From NCBI GenBank assembly GCA_963805975.1, contig CAWDVR010000002.1:64001-128000 (forward strand): 64,000 nt of DNA. Reading direction: 5' to 3'. Positions 44,678 through 53,798 of this stretch are shown here, one piece after another; position 1 is the stretch's first letter, and every line of letters begins with the position of its first letter. The stretch comes from an uncultured Acidobacteriota bacterium (lineage in GTDB: Bacteria; Acidobacteriota; Thermoanaerobaculia; Multivoradales; SZUA-115). The notes beneath the pieces are model-generated. The model saw nothing but the letters and a program-made list of their open reading frames with translations. It was not told the origin of the DNA and searched no databases. Made by a program: the position numbers and the translations under genes.

Positions 44678-45763
44678 ATGGACTTCATTCTGCGGATCTA
44701 CTTCATCGGCCTGATCGCCTTCGTCCCCGATTCGGACGGACAACGCATGACGGCACTGCTGGTCGATGCACGCCACAGCTACATCGCCTCGGACGGCGAG
44801 CAGGTGCCGGAGCATTACCCCATGCTCTTCGCGCGGGCGCAGAACTGCTCCGGCAACTGCCACGAGCAAGACACTTTTCTGGCTGACACCGTGTTTCCTT
44901 CGACCCTGTCGGCAGGCGAGCGCCTGACCAACCTGCAAGATGCCGTGATCGGGGGCGGTGGCTGGAAGCTCGACCTCTCGCAGCTGCGGATCGTCCTTCC
45001 GGGCGCTTCGCAGATGTCTTTGACGCCTTTCCAGCTGGTCGGTGATGGCGATACGGTAGCGGGTCCCGGCCGGCCTCTGCCCAGCAGCTCGACTCCACGA
45101 GACGATTTCGACTACGTGGCCGACCTTCGTGAGATCGTGGGCGAAAGCCTGGTCGTCGATTCGACGCTGCTCGACGCGCCCGAGAAAGGGCGTACCGTCG
45201 CCCTGATGAAGCTGGCGGCGGGTGACGTGACAGCACAGCGTCTGTCGGGCTTCAAGGACGAGATCGTCGAGTTCCGCTTCGCCACCGCCGAGGAGCTCAA
45301 GAATGGTCTCGATCTCTCGATGCCACTCGCAGCCTTGGCGGATCGCGTGATGGTCGAGATCAAGATCTCGGGCGACCGGGTCCGGCTCGAAGACCGCAAC
45401 AGTACGACCTCCACCGTCCGCACGATGGAGCTCACCCCTCAAGCCGGCAGTAATGTGATCGAGGTCGTCATCGTCAATCTGCCGAAGCACGGCTTCCAGT
45501 TCGAGGGCTCCCATCTCGGCCACCCTACGACTCCCGGGCAGATCTTTATCGATCATCACTTCGAGCTGTTCTACGAGCTGGCAGAGTGCGTTCCACCGCG
45601 CAACCGCCGACCGGTTCCGGGCTATCTCAACGACTTACGCACTGAACGACCGAACGACCCGTCCCAAGACAGCTCGACATTCCTGGGCGCGTTGGGCCTA
45701 GCGCCGAGCCGAGGCGTGTGGAGCCAACCCACGTGCGTGGTGGTCCAGCTTCCGCGCGGCTGA
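44678..45763 (+). CDS. Hypothetical beta-rich protein coupled to the CHAT gene
   Basis: Starts 3 nt after the CHAT stop with SD GGAGGAG; FIGLIAFVP, HHFELFYEL, C-terminal SRG..PTC. Confidence 0.8.
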   Translation: MDFILRIYFIGLIAFVPDSDGQRMTALLVDARHSYIASDGEQVPEHYPMLFARAQNCSGNCHEQDTFLADTVFPSTLSAGERLTNLQDAVIGGGGWKLDLSQLRIVLPGASQMSLTPFQLVGDGDTVAGPGRPLPSSSTPRDDFDYVADLREIVGESLVVDSTLLDAPEKGRTVALMKLAAGDVTAQRLSGFKDEIVEFRFATAEELKNGLDLSMPLAALADRVMVEIKISGDRVRLEDRNSTTSTVRTMELTPQAGSNVIEVVIVNLPKHGFQFEGSHLGHPTTPGQIFIDHHFELFYELAECVPPRNRRPVPGYLNDLRTERPNDPSQDSSTFLGALGLAPSRGVWSQPTCVVVQLPRG

Positions 45764-45888
45764 AGGGATCACCCCCGAAGCGACGGCGGTGGTGTCTGAG
45801 CTGGCGAGCGGATACCGCACCAAGGCATACCCGACGTCCGGGCAGCAGATTCGGTCGCGGTCTTCCATCGCAATTACAAGGAGGAGTC

Positions 45889-46302
45889 ATGTCGAAGATC
45901 GTCCCCGCCTTCGTCGCCTCGATGCTGCTGACCGTCGCAGTACACGGCGACAACTCGGGCCTCGTCACCTATGACGAGTTCCTGTCTTCGCGCGGCCTCA
46001 CTCAGTCGCAGGTGGACTGCCGAAGTCCCAAGACCGAGGATGTGCTCAACGTCCGCAGTCAGGACTGGGATCGCAGTCAGACGGTCTGCGAAGTATGGAT
46101 CAAGGAGAAGGTCACGCCCGAGCAGCGGCTCACTTTCAAAGACGGTGCGCAGGTGTATATGACCGTGCGACGCTGGACCGCGCCCAAGCCGGTGCCACCG
46201 CAGCAGGTCGAGGTTTCGGATTCCTTCGTGGTGAAGGAGGACAGCAAGCCCGAAACCAGTACCAAGGCGTACAAGCGCTACGTCGGCAAGCAAGAGCCTT
46301 GA
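45889..46302 (+). CDS. Small secreted hypothetical protein
   Basis: SD AAGGAGGAG, signal peptide MSKIVPAFVASMLLTVAVHG, one Cys pair. Confidence 0.75.
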   Translation: MSKIVPAFVASMLLTVAVHGDNSGLVTYDEFLSSRGLTQSQVDCRSPKTEDVLNVRSQDWDRSQTVCEVWIKEKVTPEQRLTFKDGAQVYMTVRRWTAPKPVPPQQVEVSDSFVVKEDSKPETSTKAYKRYVGKQEP

Positions 46303-46326
46303 GGGTCGGACACGTCCCCCAGTAAG

Positions 46327-46362
46327 AGGAGGGGTCGCCATGAGCGCCCCTCCTTTCGTTTC
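46327..46362 (+). terminator. Terminator-like hairpin
   Basis: AGGAGGGGTCGC-catga-GCGCCCCTCCT followed by TTCGTTTC. Confidence 0.55.
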
Positions 46363-46413
46363 TCCTCGCTTCCATCAACAGCTCGCCCGCCTGTTGCGAC
46401 ACCGGGAGGCTTC

Positions 46414-47811
46414 ATGGTTCGGACAGCTCTGCTATTGCTTCTCGCCTTTTTCACCAGCCCACTGACCGCCGCTCCGAGAGTGGCGTTACAGATTTTCGAT
46501 GTTGGCGCTTTGAGCACCTGGACGACGCTCACGGCAGAAGAGACGACCCCCTACCTCGCCGAGGGTTTGCGCTCGGATTTCCGCTTTGGTGCCCGATCGA
46601 CAGCGGGTAGCTATGCTTTCGTGACTCAAATCGACAACACCCTCGATCGAGATGCGCTCGGCCCCGAGGACATCCAGGGCCTCTTTTCCGTCGACACCTA
46701 TCAGGATCTCGAGCCCAGCGGCTTCACTAGTGAGGTCGTCACCGTCGGAGAGAAACACAACTTGTCGGCCCTGGTGGTATCTTTTCGCACTACCAAGCTT
46801 GGTTACGTGGTCAGCGCCCCCCCCGGCCCGGTGCTGGTAAAAACGGTATTTCTCCCTCTCGTACTGCGAGATGCGAGCACTCGGCAGTACCTCAACTGGA
46901 TCTACGTCGCCAACTTTCGCGGCAGCACGGCACAGCAGGGCGACTTGCAGGCTTTCGACCGGCTCTGGCAGCAGGCAAAACTCGGCGATCCAGGTCTCTC
47001 GCAGGTCGAGCTGGATCGATTCAATGCGCTCCGGCCCGAAATCGCGACAGTTGAGCCGGTCAGCACCTTGCCGCTCGCCCCCCTTCCCGAGCCGCAAGGC
47101 GCCGCGCCGGGAGCACCGGCTAGCGAGCCTCTGGCGCAGGCTCTCGTTGGCGCGCTTACTCCAGGTTCCAAGGTCTTAGCGCCTGGGCCGCTGCGACGCT
47201 TCACCAGCGAATACCCAGACACGGCCCTGGCAAAAGTCTTCCAGTCGCTCGCGCAGGCTCAACTCTCGGTTCTCCAAGAGGCCATCTGGCAGCAAGCCTG
47301 GCAGGCTTCTCCGAGCGCTCAGAAGGCCTTGCTTGCGGCACTGTTTCTGGTGCAGAGCATCTCCGTGGAGGACGAACGGTTAGTGGCGCGCGTGTCCCAG
47401 GACGCTGCGATGGCAGGGATCTCGGCGGGAAAGCTCGATTGCGAGCAGCTCGGTTTCCTGCTGGATCTTCTCTTGCCTCAGCGCAACCATCGCTTTCTGG
47501 CCCGGCCGGCAGTGCGGCAATTCTTCGCCTTGGCTCCCGACCGCGGCTGCGGTGATCTGGTTCAGCTCATGCACGCGAGAGAGATCGATCTTGTCCAGCT
47601 GCACGAGGTCGCCCGCGAGAAGCACCCGGGAACCTGGGAGCTCAAATCGACGTTCCCCTCCGGGCGCCTACCGACCCTGGCGCAACAGGAGGGCAACCTG
47701 ATGCTCGTTCAGTTCCCGGTCGGTCGAAAAGACCGGGCGATCGACGTCCGGGGCGTGACCAGCTTGCTCGATCTGATCGCTGCGCTCGCTCGCCAAGGTG
47801 CAAGCTCTTAG
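46414..47811 (+). CDS. Secreted hypothetical protein
   Basis: SD GGGAGG, signal peptide MVRTALLLLLAFFTSPLTA; 465-aa ORF with no competing gene. Confidence 0.7.
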   Translation: MVRTALLLLLAFFTSPLTAAPRVALQIFDVGALSTWTTLTAEETTPYLAEGLRSDFRFGARSTAGSYAFVTQIDNTLDRDALGPEDIQGLFSVDTYQDLEPSGFTSEVVTVGEKHNLSALVVSFRTTKLGYVVSAPPGPVLVKTVFLPLVLRDASTRQYLNWIYVANFRGSTAQQGDLQAFDRLWQQAKLGDPGLSQVELDRFNALRPEIATVEPVSTLPLAPLPEPQGAAPGAPASEPLAQALVGALTPGSKVLAPGPLRRFTSEYPDTALAKVFQSLAQAQLSVLQEAIWQQAWQASPSAQKALLAALFLVQSISVEDERLVARVSQDAAMAGISAGKLDCEQLGFLLDLLLPQRNHRFLARPAVRQFFALAPDRGCGDLVQLMHAREIDLVQLHEVAREKHPGTWELKSTFPSGRLPTLAQQEGNLMLVQFPVGRKDRAIDVRGVTSLLDLIAALARQGASS

Positions 47812-47835
47812 AGCCTTGCGCGCCTCTCTGCGAAG

Positions 47836-50800
47836 TCACTCTGGAGCATCAGGCTCCGGAGGCAGGGCGCGTCCGATCAGGATCTGGCCCAGCAGGGCCG
47901 GGTAGCTGCGCATCGGCTTTTGGAAACCTCCTGAAGCCGACTCGACCTGGGCCGACACGTGACGATAGAGCTCGTCGAGGTCGATCAGGCCGTCTCCCGA
48001 GCTGTCCGCGGCGCCGCGCAATCCCTCGAGCAGGTAGTAGGTGAAGAGGCCGTGCTCGAGACGGTTGTCTTCGACCGCCACCTGGTTGGGCTCGCTGGCC
48101 GCGAGGATCGCCCGCCCACTGCCGGCGCTCGCCAGGCGGCTCAAGAACTCCGCGCTCAGACTGTTGCGCACAGAGCCGTTACCGCCGAAAACGGTGCGCC
48201 CGCCCGCGGTCGAGGCACCGCTGAAGCAGCTGTCGATCATCACCACCACGCGCTCGGCGCGATAACGCCGCAGGATCAGCTCGAGCTCGCTCATGGGCAG
48301 TGCCGAGCTGTAGAGATCTGCCGATACCGCGTCGACGGGCAGGAAGTATTTGGTGAGGCCGTCGGGCTCCGCAATGCCGATGGCTTGTTCCGGCATGCCG
48401 TGCCCGGCTAGGAAGAGGATCACGGTGTCCCCGGCGCTCGTGGCACGCTGTGGCAGCACGGTACCGAGAAGGCTCCGTACCTCCCGCAGCGTCGCCTGTT
48501 CGTTCGTTCGCACGAAGACCTGCTCGGCCGGCAGATCCAACGCAGTGCGGAAATAAGCGGCCACCGCCTCGGCGTCTTTGTGGGCATAGCGCAATGGCCG
48601 AATCGCGGTGTCCTGGTAGGAGCTCACACCGATAGCCACCAGCCAAACACGCCGACTCTCATCGTCTCGATAGAGCGACAGCACCCGAACGCCGCGCTGG
48701 CCATCAGCGGTGATGGCGGTCACTTCGAAGCGGTTCTCACCGCGGGCGAGCTGCACCGGCAACTCGTAAGTGCTCGCATTCAAGCTCCCGTCACGCACGG
48801 TTCTCGCGGGTGACGAATCCAGGGCGACCGGACGGTCGTTCAGGCGCAGGCGGACGTCTTCGAGCTCCGTGGCATGCTGAATCTCGAAGCGAAGGACGAT
48901 GGCTTCCTGCGCCACCTTCTCGCCGAACTGCTGCCGGAGAAAGGAGATCGTCGGTGCCAAGACGGCTCGCGCCGGCGTGGCGGGCTGTGGCACCGGCTCT
49001 GGTGGAGCGGCACTCATCACCACGGGCGCCTGCTCGACCACCCTCACCGCGGCATTTGTCCGTAGTGGTGCGAAATCCCGCTGCGTCACCGAGACGACGA
49101 GCGGAGCCTCGCCCGGCCCAGCACCGGTACGCACGGAGATCGGCACACGGATCCGCCGCGCGCCTCGTGATGGGACGATGTCCAGCAGAACCTCGCGCTT
49201 GGTTCTCGGCAGCCCCAAGTCGTCGAGCAGGTCCACTCCGGGCATCGAGCTTTCGAGCGTGACCTGTACTTGCTCGGCGGCGAGGTCCCCGCTGTTGCGC
49301 AGCTCCAAGGAGAGCTCCCGGGCCGTGCCGCGCTCGAGCTCCACGACCGAGGGAACGCTCAGCTCGAGCTGGGGCTGGAGGCTCCAGAACTCGACGGGCA
49401 GATCCTGGACGAGATCCGGAAAGCCGTCTTGGCGAATGCGCGCCGTCAACGGGAGGCGAGCTGGCTGCGCTCCTGCTCCGAAGCCCCGCGGCAGGCTCAG
49501 CACCACCCATTGGCTGCGGCTCGTCGCACCCGCCGGTAGCGTGCCGAAGTCGACTTGAGCCGGCTTCGGCTGCAGGAGGTCGGTGCTCGAGGCCAGCTCC
49601 AGTCGCACGTTCTCCGAGGACAACGACCCGTCGTTGCTGACCGCGAGGATCAACTCGACGGTCTCACCATTGTTCGCAATACCATCGGAGTTCCCTCTCG
49701 AGCCGGGTGAAGCTCCATCCGCGAGTTGAGTCGTAACCCGCAGCCGTGGCGCTCGGGCGACCGTGCTCCACCCCTGCTGACGTGTGGTCGACGCGGCCAG
49801 CTCGCCTCGGCCATCAACTGCCGAGAAAGTGAGCTGCAGCTGTGGGGCCAGCCCATTGCGCGAGACTGCGAGCAGAAAGCGGCTCTCGGCGATGTCGTGG
49901 CTCGCCAGGCGCTGGATGATGCCCGGCGTGGACAGCACGTGGACGCTTGCCAGCGGCTCCAGTAGCCCAACGCGAACGCCAAGGGCATCGCCCGCTCCCG
50001 AGTTGCGCACTCGAACGACAACCTCGACCGTCTCCCCGGCTCCGGGGAGGCCGTCACCATCCCCGACAGCGGGCGGCGTGGCGTCGTTGATGGCGACGTC
50101 AAAAATCTCGAGCGCCGGTGACGCGAAGCTCACCGCCGCCACCTCGAGAAGAATGGAGCGGGCCGCATAGCCACGGTTCTCGAGCACCTCGGCGCGCAGA
50201 GCGATCGGTCGGGCAGGTAGGCCCAAAGTGCTGTGGAAGCTGATCTCGTACACCAGGTCGGCACCGACACCGAGGTCGCCGAGCCCCGTGACCGCCGGTA
50301 CGATCAGCGACGGCTCGTCGGACGACAACCGGAGGCTAAGACCGAAAGCTTTGCCCGGGCCTTCGTTGCGCACCTTCACGCGGAGCCGAGCCGCTTCGCC
50401 GGCGTCCAGGCGACCGTTGGGCAGGAGACTGTCGTTGTCATCCAGCTCGATCGAGGCGAGAAGGGTCGCGGGCGCCGTCGACAGGCGCTCGAAAGAATCG
50501 AGCACACGGCGCAGGGACGGTGATCCCCGTAAGCTTTGGATGCAGCTCGAAATCGCCAGACGGAATGCATCCTCCGTGTAGGCTTCGACGAGAAGCGCCG
50601 GACTCCAGAAGTTAAACCCCTTTCGGTCCTCACCCGAGCAGTCCACGGTCACAATGGGTGCGTGCGCTCCATCGAACAGCTCCAGCTGCAATTGCGCTTG
50701 AACACCGGGGCCTGCTCCTCCCGGAGCACCAAGGACTTTGGTTGAGAAGCTGTAGACCGCCTCGAGCAGATGCGGCTCCTGCGGGGGGATTGGCGTGCTT

Positions 50801-51252
50801 TTGCGCTTTCTGGAGGTGGGCGCTATACCCGCCGGGAAGAGCTGCTCGAAAGTGCTCGTCAGCGCTTCTCCGAGGGCTTGGTCCAAGTAAATCGGAATAG
50901 AGATCCCCTGGACCAGATAGTCGCCCGAGACGCTCTCTATATCTTTCTGCAATGGGCTCAGCATGTTGTCGAGTCGACGCTTGAAGTCCCCCTCACGGAT
51001 GTAGATATCTCCGTAGTAGGCCGTGGCATCCGTGTTGCCGGGCTTGGAGGTCACACGGACCGCGATCGGGAAGCGGGATTCGAGGGGACTGATCGGCTCC
51101 GGTACCAGCTCGTCCACGTCGGGCATGGCAGACATCACTTTCCACACGACTTCGGCAGCTAGCGCGCTCGGCGAAGGTTGGAAAATCAAGAAGCCAACCA
51201 TGACGGCCCCTCGACTCACACTCCAGAAGATTCGCACGATCAGGTTCCCCAT
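47836..51252 (-). CDS. Secreted multi-Ig (CARDB-like repeats) protein with a C-terminal caspase (C14) domain
   Basis: Four repeats ending (V/L)xN(E/S/D)G, three with Dx(n)GE loops; LVAIGVSSY, FLAGHG, IDSCFSG, HGLFTYYLLEGL.G.AD; start uncertain. Confidence 0.88.
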   Translation of the reverse strand: MGNLIVRIFWSVSRGAVMVGFLIFQPSPSALAAEVVWKVMSAMPDVDELVPEPISPLESRFPIAVRVTSKPGNTDATAYYGDIYIREGDFKRRLDNMLSPLQKDIESVSGDYLVQGISIPIYLDQALGEALTSTFEQLFPAGIAPTSRKRKSTPIPPQEPHLLEAVYSFSTKVLGAPGGAGPGVQAQLQLELFDGAHAPIVTVDCSGEDRKGFNFWSPALLVEAYTEDAFRLAISSCIQSLRGSPSLRRVLDSFERLSTAPATLLASIELDDNDSLLPNGRLDAGEAARLRVKVRNEGPGKAFGLSLRLSSDEPSLIVPAVTGLGDLGVGADLVYEISFHSTLGLPARPIALRAEVLENRGYAARSILLEVAAVSFASPALEIFDVAINDATPPAVGDGDGLPGAGETVEVVVRVRNSGAGDALGVRVGLLEPLASVHVLSTPGIIQRLASHDIAESRFLLAVSRNGLAPQLQLTFSAVDGRGELAASTTRQQGWSTVARAPRLRVTTQLADGASPGSRGNSDGIANNGETVELILAVSNDGSLSSENVRLELASSTDLLQPKPAQVDFGTLPAGATSRSQWVVLSLPRGFGAGAQPARLPLTARIRQDGFPDLVQDLPVEFWSLQPQLELSVPSVVELERGTARELSLELRNSGDLAAEQVQVTLESSMPGVDLLDDLGLPRTKREVLLDIVPSRGARRIRVPISVRTGAGPGEAPLVVSVTQRDFAPLRTNAAVRVVEQAPVVMSAAPPEPVPQPATPARAVLAPTISFLRQQFGEKVAQEAIVLRFEIQHATELEDVRLRLNDRPVALDSSPARTVRDGSLNASTYELPVQLARGENRFEVTAITADGQRGVRVLSLYRDDESRRVWLVAIGVSSYQDTAIRPLRYAHKDAEAVAAYFRTALDLPAEQVFVRTNEQATLREVRSLLGTVLPQRATSAGDTVILFLAGHGMPEQAIGIAEPDGLTKYFLPVDAVSADLYSSALPMSELELILRRYRAERVVVMIDSCFSGASTAGGRTVFGGNGSVRNSLSAEFLSRLASAGSGRAILAASEPNQVAVEDNRLEHGLFTYYLLEGLRGAADSSGDGLIDLDELYRHVSAQVESASGGFQKPMRSYPALLGQILIGRALPPEPDAPE

Positions 51253-53798
51253 TGCGCTTTTGGATCGCCGGTCAGCGTGAAGCCTGCCCAATAGTAAGGC
51301 GCCGAGGTTGACTCTTCGCGCAGCAGCTCGATCTGTGCGCCCCGCAATGCTTCGGCCACGGAGGAGCCGGCCTTCCAGCGGCGGTAGAAACGATTCATGA
51401 GCTTCTCGGTGGCGGCATCATCGGCGTTCCAGAGGCTCGAGACGACACCCGGCGAGCCGGCATACAGAAAGCCGCGCATCAGGCTCTCGATCTCGTCTCC
51501 TCGGCTCGGCTCTCCGGTCGCTGTCTGGCAGGCTGCCAGCACGACCAGGTTGACTCCGGAGAGATCGAGCCGCGAGTAGATCTCGTGCACTTCCAGGTTG
51601 CCGTCATACCCCGCACCGGTCGCCAACACGATGCGGCTGAAGCGCGGGCTCGCCGGCATGTATTCGCCGTGCGCCGCGAAATGCACGATGTCGACCGTGC
51701 CATCGAGCTTCGCCAGCGCGGCCTCGCTGGCGGCGGGGCCGAGGAGGACCTCGCCGGCGAGCAGCTTGCCCAGCCCCACGGCCTCGCGGCCCATACCAAC
51801 GGCGGCTTTATACTGCCGCTCCTCGCGCTCGGGTGCTCCCCACACCCGGGCCTTGCCCGTGAACGGCGATTCTTTCGCGCGCAGGAAGCGCAGGGCACTG
51901 GCGCTGGGAACGTAGGTGAGCGTGAAGTCCTCGATGAGATAGCGGCCGGTGGCGGGCTCTCTGAGCGCCGCGAAGGGAACGCTGTGCAGAGGCCCGTGAG
52001 GGATCAGGATCAGCTTGGAGTGGTGGACAAACGGTAGCAGCGGCTCGAAGAGCTGCTGATAGAGCTGGACGAGGCTCGACTGCTCGGCCATGCAGTGCTC
52101 CGGAACAGAGCCGCGCACCGCCATCGAAGCGGTTTCGACACGACAGGTGAGCGGCACGATCGGCCCGCTCGGCAGCGGCAGCACGAGCGGCTCGAACGAG
52201 TCCCGCTCCACCACCCAAGCATGGATACTTTGATCGGTGACGAAGAAACTGATGAGCGTGACGTCGGAGTCGAGCTGGGCTTGGAGCTGGTCGACATCCA
52301 CCGGCCGAGCGGTGACCAGAGAGCCGAGCTCTGCGTCCTCCAGAGCCGTGCGAGCGGTCAGCCCCTGGAATTGCCGCCGTTGGTCCAGCAGCTCCTTTTC
52401 CTTGGCCTCGCGCCCCGCCCCGGTGGCGCGGGCCAGCTCTTTCTCGAGATCGACCAGGCGCTGCCGGAAGACCGTCGATTCCGCGGTGCTTCTGAGCAGG
52501 CGAGCGGGATCACGGTCGGCCCCCACGGCCCGCAGGAGCGCGCGGGCACGGGCTTGTTCTGCGACCAGGAAGGCCTCGCGAGGCCGCTGCTCGAGCACCA
52601 GCATCTCGAGCAGGCTCTGGTACGCAACGCGGCCGGGGCCGGCATGGTAGGTGGCGAGCAGGTCGAGCGTGCTCATCGTGCCGGTGGCCTCCTCGAGACA
52701 GGCCACGGCGGCTGCGGCCGCGTCGATCGCTTCAGGGAAGCGGTGTTGATACCAGAGCGCCCGGCTGAGGCTCGCGAGGGAGGGCGCCGCGCTCTCAGCG
52801 CTGCCGGCTCGCAGAGAGCGCCTCACATCCAGGCCCCAGAGGCGAATCGCGTCCTCGAACCGCCCCTGTTGAAAAGCCCGCAAGGCCGCCAGCAGCTGGC
52901 CTCGGGGTGAGCCCGGATCGGCCTGCCGTCGGTGGGTGGCCAGAGACTCACCACGATAGGCACAGCGTCTTTGTACGGTGGCGTGGGCCGCAGTGATCGC
53001 CACTCGACCACCGGCGGCGGAAGGACTCTTGCCGGCAGCATGGATTTCGTCGAGCCGGGGATCGAGGCGGATCCCCTGGCGATGGAATGCGGCCACGCTG
53101 GCTGCCAGGCCTGCCGTGCTTCGCATGAGCAAGAGGTTCGCGGCGAAGCCCAACTCTTTGAGCCTCGCCGCAAGCTCACTCTGGGCTGAGTCCGCGGCGG
53201 TTTGGTGCCCGACCAAATGGTAGTAGAGCGTCAGGATCGCCAGCGACTGAAGCTCTAATTGGCGAGCGAGGACTCGTTCGAGCGGGTGGCGAGGCTGGAC
53301 CTGGCGGCTGAGCGCCTTCGTTTTCTCGAGGTCGTGAATGACCTGTTCGTAGCGCCCGGCTTCGGCATCGAGCACGGCCTGCTGGAAGAAACCTCCCGCC
53401 TGCCAGAGCACGCCGTCCGGACGGTCCGCCTCTCGCAGGAGGCTCTGATTCACGCTCTCGGCAGCCGACAGATAGCCCGCCATCTGTAGCAGAAAGACCC
53501 GCTGCAGGAGAACCGTGAGGTAGACTCTCCGGTCACCCGCCAGCCTGGCATAGCTCTGTGCCCGTTCATTGGCTGTCAGCGCGGCGCCGGTTCGGCCCTG
53601 CAATCTGCGGGTTTCCGCGCCGAGCAGAGAGTACGTGGCGAGGCCCAGGCCCAGCTGGCGCATCACCGACGGCGAAGCTCGAAACGTCGCGCGCCACAGG
53701 GTTTCCCACGCCGCCCAGGTCTGTAAGGAGGTCGCGGTCAGGAGCACCACGCCGAGTGCGAGGTGCCGCAAGGCTCTATTCGAGAGGAGTGTGGTCAT
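51240..53798 (-). CDS. Exported TPR-like-CHAT protease
   Basis: Signal/TM segment, IPHGPLHSVPF, HFAAHG, LAACQT, PYYWAGF. Confidence 0.9.
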   Translation of the reverse strand: MTTLLSNRALRHLALGVVLLTATSLQTWAAWETLWRATFRASPSVMRQLGLGLATYSLLGAETRRLQGRTGAALTANERAQSYARLAGDRRVYLTVLLQRVFLLQMAGYLSAAESVNQSLLREADRPDGVLWQAGGFFQQAVLDAEAGRYEQVIHDLEKTKALSRQVQPRHPLERVLARQLELQSLAILTLYYHLVGHQTAADSAQSELAARLKELGFAANLLLMRSTAGLAASVAAFHRQGIRLDPRLDEIHAAGKSPSAAGGRVAITAAHATVQRRCAYRGESLATHRRQADPGSPRGQLLAALRAFQQGRFEDAIRLWGLDVRRSLRAGSAESAAPSLASLSRALWYQHRFPEAIDAAAAAVACLEEATGTMSTLDLLATYHAGPGRVAYQSLLEMLVLEQRPREAFLVAEQARARALLRAVGADRDPARLLRSTAESTVFRQRLVDLEKELARATGAGREAKEKELLDQRRQFQGLTARTALEDAELGSLVTARPVDVDQLQAQLDSDVTLISFFVTDQSIHAWVVERDSFEPLVLPLPSGPIVPLTCRVETASMAVRGSVPEHCMAEQSSLVQLYQQLFEPLLPFVHHSKLILIPHGPLHSVPFAALREPATGRYLIEDFTLTYVPSASALRFLRAKESPFTGKARVWGAPEREERQYKAAVGMGREAVGLGKLLAGEVLLGPAASEAALAKLDGTVDIVHFAAHGEYMPASPRFSRIVLATGAGYDGNLEVHEIYSRLDLSGVNLVVLAACQTATGEPSRGDEIESLMRGFLYAGSPGVVSSLWNADDAATEKLMNRFYRRWKAGSSVAEALRGAQIELLREESTSAPYYWAGFTLTGDPKAQWGT

